Below, in pieces: positions 27,186 to 38,058 of a DNA stretch of 64,000 nt. The position numbers were made by a program, and so were the translations under genes. Under the pieces are notes generated by a model. The model had not been told where the DNA came from. It did not search any database and worked only from the letters and a program-made list of their open reading frames with translations. Position 1 is the first letter of the stretch. The number at the start of each line of letters is the position of its first letter. Source of the stretch: a virus; the IMG/VR virus record IMGVR_UViG_3300047393_000086, positions 12,992-76,991 of that record; one strand, given 5' to 3'.

Positions 27186-29117
27186 TTATTTTCTAAATCT
27201 TTTTGCAATTTCTGCACCAATTTCAGAAGCGTCATAACCTAAAGTATTAACTTCTTCAACAGCTGCTTCATTTACCATAGCGATTTTTTCCATTACTGGT
27301 GCAGTTTCTCTAAGGTCTCTAGTTTGCCAGAAGTTTGCAACTTGGTAAGAAGTTTCTAATCTGTGCATTTTTGATTGTGCAATGATTTGATTTTTCTTAG
27401 CTTCAGACAATTTAGTCCAAGTTTCATGATATTCACTTGGCATCATTGAAATAACTGCAAGTGTAGTTTCATTTGCAGGTACAGCTCCCATTAATGAGTT
27501 AGCCCATAATCCTAAGATTTGTCCTTCAGTTAAGTAACCTTTTCCTTCAACTGCATTGATTACTTTAGATTTTTCTTCAGATGTTAAAGCGTTAAATTCA
27601 TTTACTTTCTCTTCAGAGATAAATTTAATAAATGATGGTCCTTCGTTTTTCTTGGCGTTAACTTTTTCAACCAATGCTTCTAATTTAGAAGAGATTGAAT
27701 TTTTGTAAGCTTCCATAGCATCAACGTCTTTACCAGCAGCATCGCCTTCTCCAGCAAGTTCTAAATCTTTTGCTTTATCTTCAACTTCTTCAGCATCGTA
27801 TTTTTTACCATCAGCATCAATAACGTCTGGAGAAACGTCTTTAGTTTCATCTTTAATATCTTCAGCTGGTAATCCTGCATCTGTTCCGTCGTTTGCTTCT
27901 TTGATTTCTTCACCAGCAGCATCGCCTTCTCCAGCAAGTTCTAAATCTTTTGCTTTATCTTCAACTTCTTCAGCATCGTATTTTTTACCATCTGCGTCGA
28001 TTACGTCTGGAGAAACGTCTTTAGTTTCATCTTTAATATCTTCAGCTGGAATTCCTGCTTCGTCTTCTAATAATAGGTTAGAGTTAACAGTTTCAGCAAC
28101 GTACTCTGCATATTCAGTTACTTTCTCTAAGTTCTCTCTTAAATATTCAGTATATTTAATTAAGTTCTCGTAAGAAGTAGAACCTTCATTATAAGATTCA
28201 GCTAAATAGTTAGTGTAATTTTTGATAGCATCAACGCTTTCTGCGATATGCTCAGAATATTGAATACCTTGATCCAATTTCTCTGCAAGACTTTCTGTGT
28301 AAGAAATACCTTGGTCCGCTTTTTCAGCGATGTGTTCTGAATATGCGATTGATTCGTCTAATTTCTTAGCTAAATAATCAGTATACTCTTTTAATGTTTC
28401 TAATTGAGAACTAGTTGACTCTGATTCTGTTAAAGAATTCATACCTTCTTTAATAGATTTGATTTCTTCAGAAAGATATTTAGAGTATTTATTAAAATCC
28501 TCAACCGTAATAAATTTAGACTCTGCCATTTTTGTTTCGTTTATATTTTCGATTGTTTGTTTTTCATCTGTATTATTTATCTCGTAAATAAATAAGTCGT
28601 TTCCTTCATTAACAAATCCATAAGATTCATTAACTCTTTTTAATTCAGCGTTCTCAAACCCAGGGTCTGCTACTAAATCATAAGTAAATAATTGTTTGAT
28701 TTTTACAGTTCCATTAGATTCAACTGCACCAGCTGCTCTACTTGAAATTTGTAAAGGAACTCCAGCATCAACAAGAGCTTTTGCTTGTCTTCCAGCATCA
28801 GTATCTAATAATCTGATACGTCCTTTAACTTGTTTGGTTGCTGTGTCGTAAGTAAGTTCTTCAATGATGTGTGAAACATTTTTTAAAGAAACGTCAAAAG
28901 TTTGTGGGTGATCTAATTCACCTAAAAGCTTTGATGATTTGATTTTTGCTTGTAGAGCTTCAATCTGTGGTAAGTACTCAGACTCAGTATAGATTCGGTT
29001 ATTACGATTTTTCTTATCGATTTCTCCAAAGATACCTTCTAGAACATAGGTTCCACCTTCTTGTTTAAACTCTAACTCTGTAGATGATCTTTCTAGGATC
29101 AGTAAGTTTTTAGTCAT
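27186..29117 (-). CDS. gp21: prohead protease (gp21) fused to scaffold/core (gp22-like) region
   Basis: NRNNRIY, GELDHP, VSH, ISSRAAG, DLVADPG, followed by a long acidic coiled-coil. Confidence 0.85.
   Translation of the reverse strand: MTKNLLILERSSTELEFKQEGGTYVLEGIFGEIDKKNRNNRIYTESEYLPQIEALQAKIKSSKLLGELDHPQTFDVSLKNVSHIIEELTYDTATKQVKGRIRLLDTDAGRQAKALVDAGVPLQISSRAAGAVESNGTVKIKQLFTYDLVADPGFENAELKRVNESYGFVNEGNDLFIYEINNTDEKQTIENINETKMAESKFITVEDFNKYSKYLSEEIKSIKEGMNSLTESESTSSQLETLKEYTDYLAKKLDESIAYSEHIAEKADQGISYTESLAEKLDQGIQYSEHIAESVDAIKNYTNYLAESYNEGSTSYENLIKYTEYLRENLEKVTEYAEYVAETVNSNLLLEDEAGIPAEDIKDETKDVSPDVIDADGKKYDAEEVEDKAKDLELAGEGDAAGEEIKEANDGTDAGLPAEDIKDETKDVSPDVIDADGKKYDAEEVEDKAKDLELAGEGDAAGKDVDAMEAYKNSISSKLEALVEKVNAKKNEGPSFIKFISEEKVNEFNALTSEEKSKVINAVEGKGYLTEGQILGLWANSLMGAVPANETTLAVISMMPSEYHETWTKLSEAKKNQIIAQSKMHRLETSYQVANFWQTRDLRETAPVMEKIAMVNEAAVEEVNTLGYDASEIGAEIAKRFRK
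27732..28049. repeat. 138-bp direct repeat (period 180) in the scaffold domain
   Basis: 27732-27869 vs 27912-28049, both encoding PAEDIKDETKDVSPDVIDADGKKYDAEEVEDKAKDLELAGEGDAAG. Confidence 0.9.
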
Positions 29118-29186
29118 AATTATTATTTTATTATATTTCTATTATATATCCAGTTAATTTTATTGGATTTTTAAAATTTTTAAAGA

Positions 29187-29528
29187 TTATACACCAGCTA
29201 ATGGATCTTCCTCTTCTCCACCTTCAGCTTCTTTTTCAGCCTCTTTTTCTTTTTCGGCTTTCTCTTCTCTATAATCGTTAAAAAATTTAACTATAGTAAA
29301 CATATCCTCTTCAGTAAAGGCAGTGTTTCCATATACTTCGTAGAAATATTCTTTAAATTCTTTTTCACTCTTACATGACATGATAGCACCTAAAATTTCA
29401 GTTGATTTAATTTCTTTTCCTGAGTCAAGAGTAACATCATCAACTATTACTTTAGAATCTTCACCTGCTTCGATCGCGTCTTCTTTAAGTGAACCTGTGA
29501 ATTCCTCAAATGTTTTAATTATTCCCAT
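29187..29528 (-). CDS. small acidic prohead core protein (gp67/68 position)
   Basis: Between portal and protease; MGIIKTFEEF motif. Confidence 0.55.
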   Translation of the reverse strand: MGIIKTFEEFTGSLKEDAIEAGEDSKVIVDDVTLDSGKEIKSTEILGAIMSCKSEKEFKEYFYEVYGNTAFTEEDMFTIVKFFNDYREEKAEKEKEAEKEAEGGEEEDPLAGV

Positions 29529-29551
29529 TTTATTTTTTTATTTTTATTTAA

Positions 29552-31156
29552 TTACATTCCTCCCATCATTGCCATTGGATCTTCAGGCTCTGGTTTTTCA
29601 GCTTCTTTTGCCGCATTTCTTGCTTTATAAGCTTCGTTTGCCGCTTTATCATCTGGAGATAATTTAAGGTATCTATCAACTAAGAATTCCATATCGAAGT
29701 ATGGTGATTCTTCCATAGTTAAAGGATCAGTCTTAACCAATGAATCTTTCATAGTTCCAATAAAATCAAGTCTTTTGCTCATAATTTCCATTTGCTTTAA
29801 TTCAGCAAACATATTTTCTTCATTAAATCTTAATGCAATTTGGGTTCTAAAACCTGCATCTTCTTTAAATTCAGGAAATTTAAGACACATTTGTAACCAT
29901 AAAGGTTTAATCAATATCTCTTGAAATGAGCTACGTAAACGATTAATAAACTTAGCAAATTTAATTTCATCTCTAATCATTCCATCAGCTTCCATTGCAA
30001 AATCTCCGCCTCCATCTTCATACATAAATCTAGAGTATGGAATTTTTGAAACTGCTTTAAGTTTATCTGAAAAATATTTTAATGATTCTGTGTCGCTTAA
30101 TTCTGGACCATCTCCACCAAGAGTTTCAATCTCTGGTTGTTCTCCGTCCTTACTAGGTAACCAATATTCTTTATTGAATTGTAACATTGGTTTTCCGTTC
30201 GTTGTAAGAGAAGCACTGTCCCAATCAAAATCAACAACCTCTTTATAGTTACTCATTAATTGAGAAAGCGATTGTTTTGCTCTTGTTTTAGATTTACCTC
30301 CAACTGGAATAATAAATTTCATTCTATAAGAAGAGTTGGTAACAGCCCAAATAACTCTGGTATGCTCCATAATTCTCATTAAATTAAATGAACGGATTAA
30401 TCTTTCAAGGTAAGAAACCCTTGACGCTGTAGTAATTGAACTATATGAAATGTATACAATTTGAGAATCGTATAATTTTCTTTCTTTTAATGGATCATCT
30501 TTAAACTGAATCCATACTTTTTTACCATCTTCATGGTTATATCCTGGTACTAACGTAATTGGATCAATTTCCTTAAAACCAATAACTTCTGTCATCTCTG
30601 GATTATAAATAATCTCGAATGATAAATAACCATCAATTAACCATTTTCTAAAGAAATACCATGCAGATTGGTCCATGTTAAAACCAAAATACTGGTAAAT
30701 ATCTCTATATGCTTTATTTAGATATTTTTGAACTTCATCAGAAACTTCCATTCCGATAATTTCTGGATTGGCTATAAAGTTTTTATTATCGAATACGATT
30801 GATTCATCACATAAAATATCTAAGATGTCTTCGATCTCATCATGCTGTGAAAACGCTCTAAGTTCATCTCTTTTACCTTTATAATTTTGGTCAAAGAATG
30901 GAATATTTTTACGCATTGTAGTATCAGCCATTGAAAGAGCTGCAAATGCGCCATACATATCATCATTGTCCAGTCCTAATGGATTCATTTGGCCGTAACC
31001 AATTGCATCTTCTACTGGACCAATTGCTTGAGATTGTCTAAGTACCAAATCATCATAATACATACCAAAAGAAGATAGCTTCTTTAGTGTATCACTTAAG
31101 ACAAAAGGTTTTTTTCCAGTACTCAATGGACCATTTCTTTGTACAAATCCTGCCAT
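29552..31156 (-). CDS. gp20: portal protein
   Basis: FRKWLIDG, YLERL, YWLP, EIETLGG, KIPYSR, RDEIKFAKFI.RLR. Confidence 0.93.
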   Translation of the reverse strand: MAGFVQRNGPLSTGKKPFVLSDTLKKLSSFGMYYDDLVLRQSQAIGPVEDAIGYGQMNPLGLDNDDMYGAFAALSMADTTMRKNIPFFDQNYKGKRDELRAFSQHDEIEDILDILCDESIVFDNKNFIANPEIIGMEVSDEVQKYLNKAYRDIYQYFGFNMDQSAWYFFRKWLIDGYLSFEIIYNPEMTEVIGFKEIDPITLVPGYNHEDGKKVWIQFKDDPLKERKLYDSQIVYISYSSITTASRVSYLERLIRSFNLMRIMEHTRVIWAVTNSSYRMKFIIPVGGKSKTRAKQSLSQLMSNYKEVVDFDWDSASLTTNGKPMLQFNKEYWLPSKDGEQPEIETLGGDGPELSDTESLKYFSDKLKAVSKIPYSRFMYEDGGGDFAMEADGMIRDEIKFAKFINRLRSSFQEILIKPLWLQMCLKFPEFKEDAGFRTQIALRFNEENMFAELKQMEIMSKRLDFIGTMKDSLVKTDPLTMEESPYFDMEFLVDRYLKLSPDDKAANEAYKARNAAKEAEKPEPEDPMAMMGGM

Positions 31157-31178
31157 TATATTATTATATTAATTTTAG

Positions 31179-31814
31179 TTATATATTCTTTTTTAAATAG
31201 TCGTTAAACATCAATCGTATTTTCATTACGTTTGTGTTATGAAAGTCCATAAAGTCGCATATTGCAATTTCTGGCCATTTTGAATAACTTACGACTGCTT
31301 GTCGTTTTTTTCTAATAGGTATATATTGCCTTAATGCAAAATCATAACCTTCTTTCTCAAGATATTTTTTCATACCTGAATATGTTAATTTGAGTGGTTT
31401 TTCTGTTTTTGCATTAGTTTTACTAGGTGCAGAAGTACCAAGAAGCTCGTCGATTATGCTTGTTTCTGTTTTATCAACTTTAATATGCATCCTTGTATGT
31501 AAATCATCCAAAAACTTTTCTTTGAATTTAACGGGCAATAGGTTTAAATTAACACCAAAATCATTACCTCCAACCTCTTCAATTGCCAATACAACTGGAT
31601 TTTTATCAAACCACGGAAGTTCTTTAGCATACTTTGGAGTATACTCAAAAACATATATCTTTCCTGGTTGAAATCTACTTCTTGTTGAAATTGCCTCATT
31701 TACACTTTTTGATTTGATTCCTTCTTCGAACCATTCCATACAAGCTTTAGAGGCTTTTGCTTTACCTCCAAATTCTTTAGTCAATTCAGCTATTCTTTCT
31801 TTAATGTAACCCAT
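31179..31814 (-). CDS. gp2: DNA end protector protein (gp2-like)
   Basis: PGKIYVFEY.PK...LPWFDKNPVV, GVNL..LP. Confidence 0.7.
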   Translation of the reverse strand: MGYIKERIAELTKEFGGKAKASKACMEWFEEGIKSKSVNEAISTRSRFQPGKIYVFEYTPKYAKELPWFDKNPVVLAIEEVGGNDFGVNLNLLPVKFKEKFLDDLHTRMHIKVDKTETSIIDELLGTSAPSKTNAKTEKPLKLTYSGMKKYLEKEGYDFALRQYIPIRKKRQAVVSYSKWPEIAICDFMDFHNTNVMKIRLMFNDYLKKNI

Positions 31815-32289
31815 TTTTAATAGTGTCTTCTGTTAGAACTATAAATTTCCAACATCTACTTGCAGCGTATTCTTTGGCTGCATTATATTTATCCATATTT
31901 TTAACATACTGCTCGGCAAGAAACTTATAAGATTCTAAAGCTTTTTTAGACATCTTGGTCGGTGGTTGTGGTTTTTGAATTTGCGCTTTTGGTTTTATTT
32001 CTGCCAAAAACTCTTCAGTTGAACTGTCTTGCTTTAATATTTTAAAATAAAAATCAGGATGGTATGTTCTTTGTTTGTTACCCTGTCTTGACCAATATTT
32101 AATCTCTACAGGCTCACTAGACCACACTAAAACCTTGTCATTAATATCACACCAAATCATAAACTTGTATTCCCATGAACTCCTATAAATAATAGGTGTT
32201 GGCCCTGCATACTTTTGAGGGTTTTTCGGATTAAAATAACCTTGATTGAATCCTGAGTTTTTGGTTGGTTTGAGATTTTTTATTGACAT
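31801..32289 (-). CDS. gp4: head completion nuclease (gp4, TnsA-like)
   Basis: P.NP.KY.G...IIYRSSWE..FM.WCD, WSSE, Y.PDF, EIKP. Confidence 0.85.
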   Translation of the reverse strand: MSIKNLKPTKNSGFNQGYFNPKNPQKYAGPTPIIYRSSWEYKFMIWCDINDKVLVWSSEPVEIKYWSRQGNKQRTYHPDFYFKILKQDSSTEEFLAEIKPKAQIQKPQPPTKMSKKALESYKFLAEQYVKNMDKYNAAKEYAASRCWKFIVLTEDTIKNGLH

Positions 32290-32660
32290 TAAATAGAATA
32301 GATTCCACCATTATCATCTTCACTCGATGCTCTATTCATAGAGATGGTACCTTTGTATTTTTGTGGGTGGATTTTGTTCCAGCCTTTTGCATATCCTCGC
32401 TTTGCAATTTCTGTAAAGTATGCAAATGCATTTGGATATTCTGGTTTAAATCCTCTCCAATATTTTAATAGATCTAATAATGCAAACTGAAGACAATCTT
32501 GTCTATCATCTGGATTTACATAAGACATTCTATTAATTGCCCTTTCTGCTAATAAGATTAACATCTTTTCGGCTGTTGGTGTTAATTTGTCTAGATCCTT
32601 AGATTCGCTTATTGCGTTGTGTAGATCTTTATTGTTTAAATAGTTTTTAGTTTTAGCCAC
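32289..32660 (-). CDS. gp55: late transcription sigma factor (gp55-like)
   Basis: NYLNNKDL, NAFAYFT.I signature; short (123 aa), GTG start. Confidence 0.8.
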   Translation of the reverse strand: MAKTKNYLNNKDLHNAISESKDLDKLTPTAEKMLILLAERAINRMSYVNPDDRQDCLQFALLDLLKYWRGFKPEYPNAFAYFTEIAKRGYAKGWNKIHPQKYKGTISMNRASSEDDNGGIYSI

Positions 32661-32732
32661 TGTATTTTCTTTAAATTTATACTAAATTATATAGACCGTT
32701 ACCTTTTTGTTTCACTACTGTGTATAAACAAC

Positions 32733-32757
32733 AAAAGGGACGCATTGCGACCCTTTT
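32733..32757. terminator. hairpin terminator
   Basis: AAAAGGG...CCCTTTT inverted repeat. Confidence 0.6.
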
Positions 32758-32780
32758 ATTTTAAATATTTATATTAATTG

Positions 32781-33542
32781 TTATGCATTTAATGCAGCAA
32801 TTTTATCTTCCCAAGATTTGATTTCACCGTTGATTAATAATTCAGCTTCTTTAATAGCTACATCATTTCTATCAGCACCTGATAAAACTCCTTTTTGATC
32901 TTTTAAGAAAGCGATCATTGATTCATATGTTGCAATTTTCTCTTCTTTGATTGCTAATTCAGCAGATTCTCCTTCAACCATTTCTTTTAAGAAAGAAAGC
33001 GCAGATTCTCCAGTTTCAGATGTAACATATTCTGAAGCTTCATTTGCATTTGCTGCTTTAAAGAATTTTGCAATTTTGTTAGATTTGTTAAAACGAGCAA
33101 CGTATACTTCTTCGTTTAATTTGAATAAATTTACAGTTGTATTGTTTCCTTCGAAAGTTGCAGCAAAATCAAGAGTAACATAGTTTGCTAATAATGTTGG
33201 AAGAGATTCGAACAATTCAGCAATTGGTTTCTCATTATATCTTACCATACCTGCAGAAACTACATGATTTGTAAATGTATTTCCTTCAATTAATGAAGTA
33301 TTGTGTTGGAATTTACCTTCAGCTAAAGTGTAGATAAATTTACATGGTCCATGGAACCATTTAATAGAATCATTTGAAAATTCAAAAGATTCAAATGCAT
33401 TAATTGCATTAACAAGAGTTGGGTTATTAGTCCCTTCAACTTCTTTAATTTCAGTGTCATTCATTTCGAAAATTCTCCCGTTTACATAAAACTGGAATGA
33501 TTCTTCTAACTTAACGAATGGTGCAAGAATATTAGTTGTCAT
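32781..33542 (-). CDS. hypothetical late (probably virion) protein
   Basis: 253-aa ORF, late promoter at 33565. Confidence 0.6.
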   Translation of the reverse strand: MTTNILAPFVKLEESFQFYVNGRIFEMNDTEIKEVEGTNNPTLVNAINAFESFEFSNDSIKWFHGPCKFIYTLAEGKFQHNTSLIEGNTFTNHVVSAGMVRYNEKPIAELFESLPTLLANYVTLDFAATFEGNNTTVNLFKLNEEVYVARFNKSNKIAKFFKAANANEASEYVTSETGESALSFLKEMVEGESAELAIKEEKIATYESMIAFLKDQKGVLSGADRNDVAIKEAELLINGEIKSWEDKIAALNA

Positions 33543-33584
33543 ATTATTTAATTTTTTTCTTTTATTATATATCTGTTTAATTTA

Positions 33585-34400
33585 TTATCTATTGTCAATA
33601 TCTGTATCGTCGATAATTCTAGCGTCCTCCTGGTTTTTCTGAATTATGTTTGTATTAATTTCAAACATTCTATTTCCAATATGCCTTTCAGTAGTTTCTT
33701 TATTAGTTCCAAAACTTTCATCATTACCCCAATTAAATGCCGGAATAAATGAATTGATTTCGATTGCAAATGTTATTTTATACTGATCTTTGTCTTCAAA
33801 CGTAAATCCTAATGGCCTGTCTTGTGTGTAATCTTCTGGAAATGCATAATAAGATGCGATTCTATAAGTTCCTTCGTTTAAGTGGCCAACTTCAACATTA
33901 AAATAGTTTGACTTATAAAGTCTTTTAATAATTGATTCGGTTATTTTAAAAGAATCTAGTGTTGAAGATACTAGAATTTCAATATCAAATCCTAAAGTTA
34001 TTGGAATCATATCGAATTCAGCAGTGTAACCTTCCATTGCTCCTTCAGAATTCATTTTAGTATAACTACCAACTGTTCTTTTATTAACAAGTTTTGATGA
34101 ATCAATATTAACTGAAGTAAGATTTGCAACCCCTCTTGGAATTGCATCATAATTACCGTCAGCGAATCCTTTATCTGGTGTACAGTTTGGTCCTGAAGCT
34201 GTCGTAAATAAAAATTGGTCTCTTAAGAATTGATCGTCGCCTGTAATTGAATAATAAAAAGGAACATCAACTCTGACTCTTTCATTATTTGAAATTTGTC
34301 TATGAAAATAAACCTTGTTATTAAGATCGGCTAAAAAACCAATTATAAGGTGTCTAATTACACTGTCGTCTCCGTTATACTTCAAGTTATAGGATGCCAT
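33585..34400 (-). CDS. tail sheath stabilizer / tail terminator (gp15-like)
   Basis: IR..I..F...LN, VPFYY, PR, P..LGFD..I, I.E.I. Confidence 0.6.
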   Translation of the reverse strand: MASYNLKYNGDDSVIRHLIIGFLADLNNKVYFHRQISNNERVRVDVPFYYSITGDDQFLRDQFLFTTASGPNCTPDKGFADGNYDAIPRGVANLTSVNIDSSKLVNKRTVGSYTKMNSEGAMEGYTAEFDMIPITLGFDIEILVSSTLDSFKITESIIKRLYKSNYFNVEVGHLNEGTYRIASYYAFPEDYTQDRPLGFTFEDKDQYKITFAIEINSFIPAFNWGNDESFGTNKETTERHIGNRMFEINTNIIQKNQEDARIIDDTDIDNR

Positions 34401-34418
34401 CTTTCAATTTTATTTTTA

Positions 34419-35216
34419 TTATTTATCTATTTTATTTTTACAATTGTCAAAATGCCATTGTTTCATTGCATATAATCCACCAGTCTTTTCACAATGAGGA
34501 CATTTAACTATAGGAGCTTTTCCTGTATTTTTACCTTTCTTAGAATTTGATATTTTAAGTCTGGTTTCATCAGATCTTTTTTTATCTTTCCAATATTTTG
34601 GATTATTATCTCCTATCTTAGACATTGACATTTTTTCCTTTGATTCTTTACTATGTGTTTTACCTTTAAAGACACTAACCATTCCTTTTTTACCATTAGA
34701 AATGTTTTGTATTGATTCTTCAGATCTTTTGCCAGAGGCATTATTATTACCTAATAATGAATTTGAAATTTTGTTTTTTTCATCTTCTGTTCTAACTCTA
34801 TTCCTTGACTGCCATAATAGATTTTCTTTGGCGTTTTGACTTATACCTCTATCCTTACTTGCCTTTCCTATTTTTATTTTCGATGATTCTGTATGCGTTT
34901 TTCCAGTAAAATCAATTCCAGATGAAGTTTGCGTTTGTAAATTATAAAACATTGAATTGTTTCCTACATCATACATTTTATGTAACTCTATTTCATGTTC
35001 TAAAGCATCTATTCTATTATCAAATATTTTTAGAACATCATACTCGAATCTTTCTGGATTGACATGTTGTTCTTTAATAAATTCTTGATTTGAACTGCTC
35101 GAAAAGTATAGAAATCCTATATCATGATGTGGTTCTATCTCTGAAGACCTAACCCCTATATACTTTTTATTAGTTAGCAAATTAGTAATTATGTATGTGT
35201 AATGGTATTTTTTCAT
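34419..35216 (-). mobile_element. free-standing GIY-YIG homing endonuclease with NUMOD3-like repeats
   Basis: YTYIITN...KKYIGVRS; repeated GKTH(S/T)EESK.K(I/M)S; C-terminal CPHC. Confidence 0.85.
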
Positions 35217-35264
35217 ATACTATATATCCATATTATACCTTGTAACTTGCCATTTAGTATATCA

Positions 35265-36938
35265 TTATTCTATAGATTCAATATCAAACTTTGAGAATCC
35301 ATTTTCTCTATAGATTTGCACTTTTTTATCGAATAATTCATGAGGCAATACAGTATGGTTAATGATAAAACAATTTATTTTGCTCTCTTTAATTACTTGA
35401 CTAAGAATTTTAAGAATATTATGGATTCCATCGGCATCAACTGAACTTAATAACTCATCTAAGAACAATAAATTTAATTGTGGAAATCTTAATTTAAGAA
35501 TCTTAATAATTGCAATGATTACGATAAAATCTGCCTTCTTACGCTCTCCTGTTGAGAGTGTTAAAGGATTAATCTCTTCTCCTAAATGATTAATAATACA
35601 ATTGAACTTTTCATCAAAACGAATATGGAAATGTAGGTGCATTGTTTGCGTCATTAAGGCAATATTCGCATTAAGTCCTGGTAAGATAGTTTTGATTGCT
35701 AAATTCTTAACACCATCCTCTCCAAGTACTTCCTCAATCATTTCTAAGAAACCAAAATCAACAGCTTTTGTATCTTTTAGTGTTCCTTTCTCAAGTTCCT
35801 GTTTTTCAAAGTCGCTGATGATTTGTTCTAAATGAGAGAAATCAGCAGTACCCTTAATTGCCTCTTTGATTTTAATCAATTCGGATTTTAAGTTTCTAAT
35901 GTTTGTATTTAATGTCGAAACTTTGTCTTGAACTGCTCTATCTTTAGTTCTTAAATCAATTATGCTTTCTTTAATGTTTGTAACTTCTCCACTAACTTTT
36001 TCTAGACGTTGAGGAATTGATTCAATTTCCTTTTCAAGTTCGCATTTTCTGTCAATATGAAATTCTCCGCTCAGTTCACTTTCGCAAGTTGGACATGTAT
36101 TATTTTCATACAATTCCAATTTCTTTTTTAATTCAGCCAATTTGAATTTTAACTCAGATTCAGCTGATTGTTTTGTTTGTAAATCTGAAGTGAAATTTCC
36201 TAGACTCTGCGATATTTTAGTTTGAGCCTCTTCAAGCTTCTTTTTATTATCGTCATATTTAATTAATGAATCTTTAAGCTCTTGAATTTTTTGCTTGTCT
36301 TTTTCTTGGCTTTCCTCCATTAATTGTTCAAGCTTTTCTTTAACCGAAGCTATATTCTCATTAATTTGAGACAATTCTCTGGTAAAAGAATCAATGTCTC
36401 CTTTAAGAACTCTTCTCTCCTCTTTGATCGCATTTTGCATTTCATTAAGAATAGAGAATCCAAACATTTTATCAATGATCTGTCTTTTATCACTATTACT
36501 CATTGTCAAAAATGATTTAAAATCATTGACTGAAAGAATAATAATGTTTTTGAATACATGGTATGGGATTCCGAAGATTTCCTCTTCTAGATAATCTTGA
36601 ACTGATTTTTTACCAGCTTTATCGAATTCGATTCCATTAAGATATACTTTAAAAATACCAGGTGCCAGACCTCTTTCAATAATAACTTGAGTTGCTTTAC
36701 ATTGTAATTTAATACGTACCCAAAGTTCTTTATTGATTCTATTTGGTAAGTCATTTAACTTAACACCTTCAACTTTACCGTAAAGAGCAAAAACTATCGC
36801 GTTAGCAATAGTTGTTTTACCTTCTCCGTTTTTTCCTAATGTTAAAAATAACTCTGATTTATCTTCATCGAATTCTATCTTTTGAATCTTATTTCCATAA
36901 GAAGCAAAGTTTTTTAATTCTATGCTCTGTATTTTCAT
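35265..36938 (-). CDS. gp46: recombination ATPase (gp46/SbcC)
   Basis: GKNGEGKTT, CPTC zinc hook, LSTGE, LFLDE. Confidence 0.92.
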   Translation of the reverse strand: MKIQSIELKNFASYGNKIQKIEFDEDKSELFLTLGKNGEGKTTIANAIVFALYGKVEGVKLNDLPNRINKELWVRIKLQCKATQVIIERGLAPGIFKVYLNGIEFDKAGKKSVQDYLEEEIFGIPYHVFKNIIILSVNDFKSFLTMSNSDKRQIIDKMFGFSILNEMQNAIKEERRVLKGDIDSFTRELSQINENIASVKEKLEQLMEESQEKDKQKIQELKDSLIKYDDNKKKLEEAQTKISQSLGNFTSDLQTKQSAESELKFKLAELKKKLELYENNTCPTCESELSGEFHIDRKCELEKEIESIPQRLEKVSGEVTNIKESIIDLRTKDRAVQDKVSTLNTNIRNLKSELIKIKEAIKGTADFSHLEQIISDFEKQELEKGTLKDTKAVDFGFLEMIEEVLGEDGVKNLAIKTILPGLNANIALMTQTMHLHFHIRFDEKFNCIINHLGEEINPLTLSTGERKKADFIVIIAIIKILKLRFPQLNLLFLDELLSSVDADGIHNILKILSQVIKESKINCFIINHTVLPHELFDKKVQIYRENGFSKFDIESIE

Positions 36939-36941
36939 ATG

Positions 36942-38054
36942 TTAATCCGTTTGGTTATTATATGCATGAAAGTCATGGAGTTTCTTTAATCTGTCTTTAA
37001 TTTGATTTTTAGTATTTTCATCATGCATTAAACTATCGACATATACATTACATAAATGCAGAATGTTATAGTTTTTGTAAAGGTCTTCAATTTGATCCAT
37101 GTCATATTCGTCCTCTCCTAAAAATGTATCTTGCTCATAAATATTTGGATCGATTTTTCGACTAATCTTTTGTACTTTATTAATTAATCTTGAAAGAGCA
37201 GATGTTGTTGCAATATTTGATGGAACATAAAGGTCAACATAATTATTTCTAATTGCATCTTTAAATTCACCAAGAGGTGTATTATATAGCTGGGTTAGAT
37301 TGAACTTAACAAACTTTGGTGATATTGTGTTCTCAAAGAAAGTTTCCTGCATGTCTTCTAAGTTAACCAGGTCAAACCCTTTGGTATTGTCCATGTCGGA
37401 TCTAGTTAATTCGTATGGAGTACCAACCATTCTAAGTTTACCTCTTCTTTGACGATAATGGATATGTCCAGAATAAACTGCATCAAATCTATCGTATGAA
37501 GATGCTTCAACTCCATGAAAATTATCTACCTTCTTATTTAATTTAATACCTCTAACTTCAGAGTGGCAGAATACAATACTAGATTCTGGATATTCTCCAA
37601 GAGTTTCTAGTTCATGCTCCATGTCTCTTCTCCATGGCATTAGTAGAACTTTTCTACCTCCCCATGTAAATTCCTGAGGATTTTTGTAAATCGCAACATT
37701 TGGAATCCATTTCAAAGCATCGATTGAACTTACTTCATTACTCTTTTTAGCCCAAATATCATGGTTACCACAAATAACATGTGTTGGTAAAATATTACCT
37801 AATCTTTCAAAAAGATCGATTGAATAATGAAGTACTTTGATGTTGACACTTTGTCTGTTATCGAATGCATCTCCAACTTGAACCAATATATCTCCATCTT
37901 CGTAGTTTTCTAATAAGGTTGGAATGAATTGATTGTCGTAGAAATCTTTTTGCATTTCTAGCCATTCCAAAGAACTTGAACGTACTCCTAAGTGCATATC
38001 ACCTAAGATCCAAATTCTTTTAACTGGTTTGTCTAATATTGCTTGTTCGATCAT
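36942..38054 (-). CDS. gp47: recombination nuclease (gp47/SbcD)
   Basis: GDMHLG, GDAFD, GNHD, SGHIH. Confidence 0.92.
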   Translation of the reverse strand: MIEQAILDKPVKRIWILGDMHLGVRSSSLEWLEMQKDFYDNQFIPTLLENYEDGDILVQVGDAFDNRQSVNIKVLHYSIDLFERLGNILPTHVICGNHDIWAKKSNEVSSIDALKWIPNVAIYKNPQEFTWGGRKVLLMPWRRDMEHELETLGEYPESSIVFCHSEVRGIKLNKKVDNFHGVEASSYDRFDAVYSGHIHYRQRRGKLRMVGTPYELTRSDMDNTKGFDLVNLEDMQETFFENTISPKFVKFNLTQLYNTPLGEFKDAIRNNYVDLYVPSNIATTSALSRLINKVQKISRKIDPNIYEQDTFLGEDEYDMDQIEDLYKNYNILHLCNVYVDSLMHDENTKNQIKDRLKKLHDFHAYNNQTD

Positions 38055-38058
38055 AGTG

